Shown here: positions 60,095 through 64,000 of the stretch, in pieces
Position numbering within the stretch: position 1 is the first letter of the stretch
How the letters are laid out: every line of letters starts with the position of its first letter
From: an uncultured Thermodesulfobacteriota bacterium
Lineage (GTDB): Bacteria; Desulfobacterota; WTBG01; CAIYCZ01; CAIRTM01
DNA length: 64,000 nucleotides
Assembly: GCA_964518865.1 (NCBI GenBank)
Contig: CAZFIB010000003.1
Location: 10,520 to 74,519, forward strand
Direction: 5' to 3'
Position numbers and translations under genes: made by a program
Notes under the pieces: model-generated
What the model saw: the letters and a program-made list of their open reading frames with translations, nothing else
What the model was told of the DNA's origin: nothing
Database searches by the model: none

Positions 60095-60595
60095 TCAGGG
60101 CTGCTTGATGGGTAGCATGAAGTCTGCCAGCTGGCTGGATGTTTTTCGCAGGTTCATGCTCAGCAGACGGGCAAGACCCTTGAGGATTTTAATGCCGACC
60201 GGCGGCTGGGCTCTGAGCAGTTCATCGAAGGCTTCCCGTGTCAGCACGAGCAGGGTCGCGTTGGTACGGGCGCGAACGGTCGCAGAGCGGGGAAAATTAT
60301 CTATGACGGACATTTCGCCGATCGAGCGACCGCGGGCAAGTGAGCTTATGACGACATCCTTGCGTGAGGCTGTCTGCTTGACGATATCGAGTATGCCGTC
60401 GACGACAAAACACATGTAATTTCCCTTGTCCCCCTCTTTGAAAATAATATCGTGCCGTCTGGCTTCGACGAGGTTCATCCTGCGGGCTACGATTTTCAGT
60501 TCGGTTGCCTGCAGCTCGTCAAAGAGAGGGATATCGATCAGGAAATTGATGATCGAATCGACTATTCGGCTTTCTTTGATGTTTGATTCCGCCAT
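60095..60595 (-). CDS. cyclic-nucleotide-binding domain protein
   Basis: cNMP-binding beta-barrel with 'FKEGDKGNYMCFVVDGIL…GEMS…RSATVRA'. No DNA-binding domain is present. Confidence 0.7.
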   Translation of the reverse strand: MAESNIKESRIVDSIINFLIDIPLFDELQATELKIVARRMNLVEARRHDIIFKEGDKGNYMCFVVDGILDIVKQTASRKDVVISSLARGRSIGEMSVIDNFPRSATVRARTNATLLVLTREAFDELLRAQPPVGIKILKGLARLLSMNLRKTSSQLADFMLPIKQP

Positions 60596-60672
60596 ACCGC
60601 TGCGCTGCCTGATGCTCTATATCCGGGGCTCTCTCTGTTGATTCATACCGGACAGTTAAAATATTTCTGCGT

Positions 60673-61212
60673 TCAGCCCTCACTTTTATATCGGTTAAAC
60701 CAGGCTCTGTCTTGAAACGGTTTTTTCTCTTTTCGAGCACCCTGCTCCGCCGGAACGCCGACAGGCAGCAGCACCCTGATCACTTTATCCGGCGGCAGTC
60801 CAAGAAGCCTGCCGATCCGGCCCGCCGTCCCGCCGACCCGCAGCCATCCGTCGATCCATACCGTTGCGTATCCCAGCGCGGTAATCGCCAGCAGCATGTT
60901 CTCGACGGCTGCTGCGCAATCCTCCACCTGAAACGAGTGCCCTTCGTAAACAGGCTCCGGACGGCTGTCGATAATGCAGGCAATATAGGCCCGGGCCTGC
61001 TGCATGGCGGTATTTCTCTGGTGCAGCTCTCTGATCTCGTCAACGAGTTTCGGCTCGTCTATGATAATAAATTCTGTGGTTTGCAGGTTCTTGCCCGAAG
61101 GAGCCCGAAGTCCTGCCGTAACGATTCGTTCAAGATCTTCGCGGGGGACCTGACGTTGAAGAAACGGGCCGCGATAGCTGTGACGTTTTTCTAGTGCCTC
61201 AAAAAGATCCAT
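60673..61212 (-). CDS. nitroreductase family protein
   Basis: 'LEKRHSYRGPF' N-terminal signature. Start chosen at the internal ATG (MDLFEALEK…). Confidence 0.75.
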   Translation of the reverse strand: MDLFEALEKRHSYRGPFLQRQVPREDLERIVTAGLRAPSGKNLQTTEFIIIDEPKLVDEIRELHQRNTAMQQARAYIACIIDSRPEPVYEGHSFQVEDCAAAVENMLLAITALGYATVWIDGWLRVGGTAGRIGRLLGLPPDKVIRVLLPVGVPAEQGARKEKKPFQDRAWFNRYKSEG

Positions 61213-61237
61213 GCCTGCTTCTCCGTCCGGCTGTGTG

Positions 61238-61858
61238 TTATTCAAGTGATCGAATGACAGCCGTTACCTTGCCGATTATTTGCAACTCAGAGCTGTTATT
61301 CCTGAACGTTGTGGGATCGTAGCCCGGGTTGGCCGGCTGCAGCCGTATGCAGCCCTGATCCCGGTAAAAATACTTTACGGTTGCCTCCTCGCCGATAAGA
61401 ACAGCGGCAATTTCGCCCTGCTCGACGGTCTGCTGCGGGCGAATCAGCACAAGGTCACCGTCAAGCAGGTGTGCATCGACCATGCTGTCGCCGTCAATGC
61501 GCAGCAGAAACATGTCATCGGCGCGGGCCAGACCGACATCTACGGCAATTCGATCCTCGATATTCTCAACCGCCAGAATCGGCTCCCCCGCTCTGATGCG
61601 GCCCACAAGCGGAACACGCCGTGTCTGCCGATCCTCCCGGGCCCGATTGATCAGTTCTATTGCACGCGATGCTCCGGACCTTCGCCGTATAAAACCCTTT
61701 CGCTCGAGAATATCAAGATATTTTTTTACGCTGTTCGGTCCTGCAAGACCGAGAGACCCGGCCGCTTCGCGCACGGAAGGAGGATACCCGTTATCACGTA
61801 TGAAACGGTCAAGAAAATCCAGCATGCGCTTCTGTTTTATCGTCAGCTTTTCAGGCAC
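61238..61858 (-). CDS. lexA: LexA repressor
   Basis: The N-terminal wHTH (LTIKQKRMLDFLDRFIRDNGYPPSVRE) and the C-terminal S24 peptidase domain are present, with Ser in 'GDSM' and Lys in 'GKVTAV'. A GTG start at 61858 gives 206 aa. The ORF table's longer start at 61903 is also GTG. Confidence 0.85.
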   Translation of the reverse strand: MPEKLTIKQKRMLDFLDRFIRDNGYPPSVREAAGSLGLAGPNSVKKYLDILERKGFIRRRSGASRAIELINRAREDRQTRRVPLVGRIRAGEPILAVENIEDRIAVDVGLARADDMFLLRIDGDSMVDAHLLDGDLVLIRPQQTVEQGEIAAVLIGEEATVKYFYRDQGCIRLQPANPGYDPTTFRNNSSELQIIGKVTAVIRSLE

Positions 61859-62031
61859 AGCCCCGTTACCCTCGTTGCCTTTTTGCCTCCAGCACGTATA
61901 CACCTGTTATATTTTTACCCGCCACCGCGTAATGTCAAGAAAAATAGCTGTTTATGGTTGCAAAATCAACCGCTTTGTCCGATTATCTAACAGGTTGCCT
62001 GCAATACGTTAACATCTGAGCGGAGGATATC

Positions 62032-63693
62032 ATGAGAAGCGACAGAATGAAAAAAGGAATCGAAAAAGCCCCCCACAGATCTCTTTTCAAGGCCATGGGG
62101 TACACCGACGATGAAATAGCACGGCCCCTGATCGGCGTCGTTAACTCCGCAAATGAAATCGTACCCGGTCACATTCATCTCGATACCATCGCGGATGCGG
62201 TCAAAGCCGGTATCCGGCACGCCGGCGGGACACCCGTCGAGTTTCCGACTATCGGCGTCTGCGACGGCATCGCCATGAACCATGAAGGCATGAAATACTC
62301 GCTTGCCAGCCGCGAGCTCATAGCGGATTCGATAGAGATCATGTCCATAGCGCATCCTTTCGACGGCCTGGTTCTGATCCCCAACTGCGATAAAATCATT
62401 CCGGGAATGCTGATGGCTCTGCTCAGACTGAATATTCCGGCGATCGTTATCAGCGGCGGCCCCATGATGAGCGGTTATCAGGGAAAGAAAAAAATCGACC
62501 TCATCAGCGTCTTTGAAGGAGTGGGCGCCGTAAAAGCGGGTAAAATCACCGAAGATGAGCTGAAGTGCCTTGAGGACACGGCCTGTCCCGGCTGCGGCTC
62601 GTGCTCCGGCATGTTCACGGCAAACTCGATGAACTGCCTGACAGAGGCGCTCGGCCTGGGCCTTCCCGGCAACGGCACCGTACCGGCAGTGCAGGCGGCC
62701 CGCGTGCGGCTGGCAAAAGCCGCCGGCATGCAGGTCATGGAGCTGGTGGAAAAAAACATGACACCCCGCGATATCGCCACCCCGGCCGCGTTCAGAAATG
62801 CGATTGCCGTGGACATGGCCCTGGGATGCTCGACTAATACGGTTCTGCATGTTCCGGCTATCGCTCATGAGGCGGGCATCAGCCTGAACCTCGATCTTTT
62901 CAATGAAATAAGTGCGCAGGCACCGCACCTCTGCTCTCTGAGCCCGGCAGGCCCCAACCACATACAGGACCTGCACGCGGCAGGAGGCGTTATGGCCGTC
63001 ATGAAAGAACTCACCGGAAAAGAGATTATCGATACATCATGCATGTCCGTTACGGGCCGCCCTATCGGGGACAGCATCGATAATGCCGCAGTTGCCGACC
63101 GGAACGTTATTCGGTCTCTCGACAATCCGCACAATCCTGAAGGCGGTATCGCCATACTGCGGGGCAACCTGGCACCGGACGGCTGTGTTGTCAAGCAGTC
63201 GGGAGTCTCACCGGAAATGCTGAAAAGCAGGTGCCGGGCGCGCGTGTTCGATGCGGAGGAGGATGCCGTCGCAGCTATCCTCGGAAATGCCATACAGCCG
63301 GGCGACGTCATTGTTATCCGCTATGAGGGCCCCAAAGGCGGGCCCGGCATGCGCGAAATGCTGACACCGACCTCTGCGATTGTCGGCATCGGGCGGGACC
63401 GTGACGTCTCACTTATAACTGACGGGCGCTTTAGCGGCGGGACCAAGGGAGCTGCAATCGGACACGTCTCTCCTGAGGCTGCCGAGGGAGGACCTATCGC
63501 GCTTGTACATGATGGCGATGAAATCGAAATAGATATTCCGTCCCGGAAAATTCGCCTGTGTGTTGATGAAAAAGAAATCGAGAAAAGGAAAAAAGACTGG
63601 CAGGCACCCGAACCGAAAATCACAACGGGCTATGCCGGCCGCTACGCACGCATGGTGACCTCTGCAAGCACGGGTGCAGTTTTCAAAGACTGA
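62032..63693 (+). CDS. ilvD: dihydroxy-acid dehydratase
   Basis: 553 aa with the Fe-S ligand motifs 'CDKIIPGM' and '[10 protein letters not shown]'. Confidence 0.95.
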   Translation: MRSDRMKKGIEKAPHRSLFKAMGYTDDEIARPLIGVVNSANEIVPGHIHLDTIADAVKAGIRHAGGTPVEFPTIGVCDGIAMNHEGMKYSLASRELIADSIEIMSIAHPFDGLVLIPNCDKIIPGMLMALLRLNIPAIVISGGPMMSGYQGKKKIDLISVFEGVGAVKAGKITEDELKCLEDTACPGCGSCSGMFTANSMNCLTEALGLGLPGNGTVPAVQAARVRLAKAAGMQVMELVEKNMTPRDIATPAAFRNAIAVDMALGCSTNTVLHVPAIAHEAGISLNLDLFNEISAQAPHLCSLSPAGPNHIQDLHAAGGVMAVMKELTGKEIIDTSCMSVTGRPIGDSIDNAAVADRNVIRSLDNPHNPEGGIAILRGNLAPDGCVVKQSGVSPEMLKSRCRARVFDAEEDAVAAILGNAIQPGDVIVIRYEGPKGGPGMREMLTPTSAIVGIGRDRDVSLITDGRFSGGTKGAAIGHVSPEAAEGGPIALVHDGDEIEIDIPSRKIRLCVDEKEIEKRKKDWQAPEPKITTGYAGRYARMVTSASTGAVFKD

Positions 63694-63734
63694 ACGCATG
63701 CGGGCCGACGGCGGGACCGGTGGTGTTCACCGTG

Positions 63735-63992
63735 TCACCTGTCCTGCCGGCCGGCTTCGGTTTTTGCAATATTGATCTTGGTCGTATCCTGCTCCCTGAC
63801 GAGGCTGAAGGTGAGCCCGAAATCGCCCTTTTTACCCTGAAGCATTTTCATCTCTCCGACACTCATCTGACCGGCCAGAACCCAGCCTTTTTCTGCAAGC
63901 GCTTTTTCATAAAAGGCATAAACGGTTTCCGGGCTGTCCGTTGTGCTGAGCGATACGATTGCATTGGCCCCGTTTTTAAAAACCTGATTCAT
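63735..63992 (-). CDS. hypothetical small protein
   Basis: 85-aa ORF at the window edge with no recognisable motif. Confidence 0.3.
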   Translation of the reverse strand: MNQVFKNGANAIVSLSTTDSPETVYAFYEKALAEKGWVLAGQMSVGEMKMLQGKKGDFGLTFSLVREQDTTKINIAKTEAGRQDR

Positions 63993-64000
63993 GAGAATTG

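Noticed and set aside
61859-62031. SOS box upstream of lexA
   Set aside because: Only partial dyads are present (e.g. GGGT-N9-ACAG). There is no confident match to known LexA-box classes.

Overview
This 64-kb window comes from a high-GC (~60%) chromosome. The gene content suggests an anaerobic Desulfobacterota/Deltaproteobacteria-like organism: an archaeal-order V/A-type ATPase operon, an 11-subunit-type nuo cluster without nuoEFG, multiheme cytochrome c, and a PAS protein ending in a CxxCKKxRDD motif. The window is densely coding, mostly on the minus strand, and contains no rRNA, tRNA or CRISPR. Left to right: (i) partial multiheme cytochrome c plus cytochrome b. (ii) PAS, def, map, CBS. (iii) Complete atpHIKECFABD V-type ATPase operon; the K subunit has a full Na+-binding signature and subunit C has an N-terminal TM extension. 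(iv) A surface/biofilm island at 13.3-25.6 kb. It has two paralogous ~1250-aa secreted proteins built from beta-helix modules, TSP3 Ca-binding repeats, Ser/Thr-rich linkers and C-terminal DUF1573/BACON-like Ig domains. They flank an O-antigen-ligase-family (Wzy_C) TPR membrane protein and a PQQ beta-propeller lipoprotein, and are headed by a PilZ protein and a clear CsgD homolog. (v) PfkB kinase, sulfotransferase-like protein, phosphomannomutase, FmdB zinc ribbon. (vi) A nuoABCDHIJK-[extra antiporter-like subunit]-[81-aa 2-TM ORF]-LMN cluster with a tight translational-coupling chain. (vii) Two GT-C-like polytopic membrane proteins with a REC-GGDEF regulator and a methyltransferase. (viii) Housekeeping and accessory genes (PPIase, esterase, AGCS-ald, cNMP-binding protein, nitroreductase, lexA, ilvD), including a low-GC islet with an NrdD-C-terminal-like glycyl-radical mini-protein. 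A ~110-nt structured element with covariation occurs three times (17.3, 43.2, 48.7 kb). Feature coordinates follow the supplied ORF table; positions of small motifs read from the printed sequence may be off by 1-2 nt.
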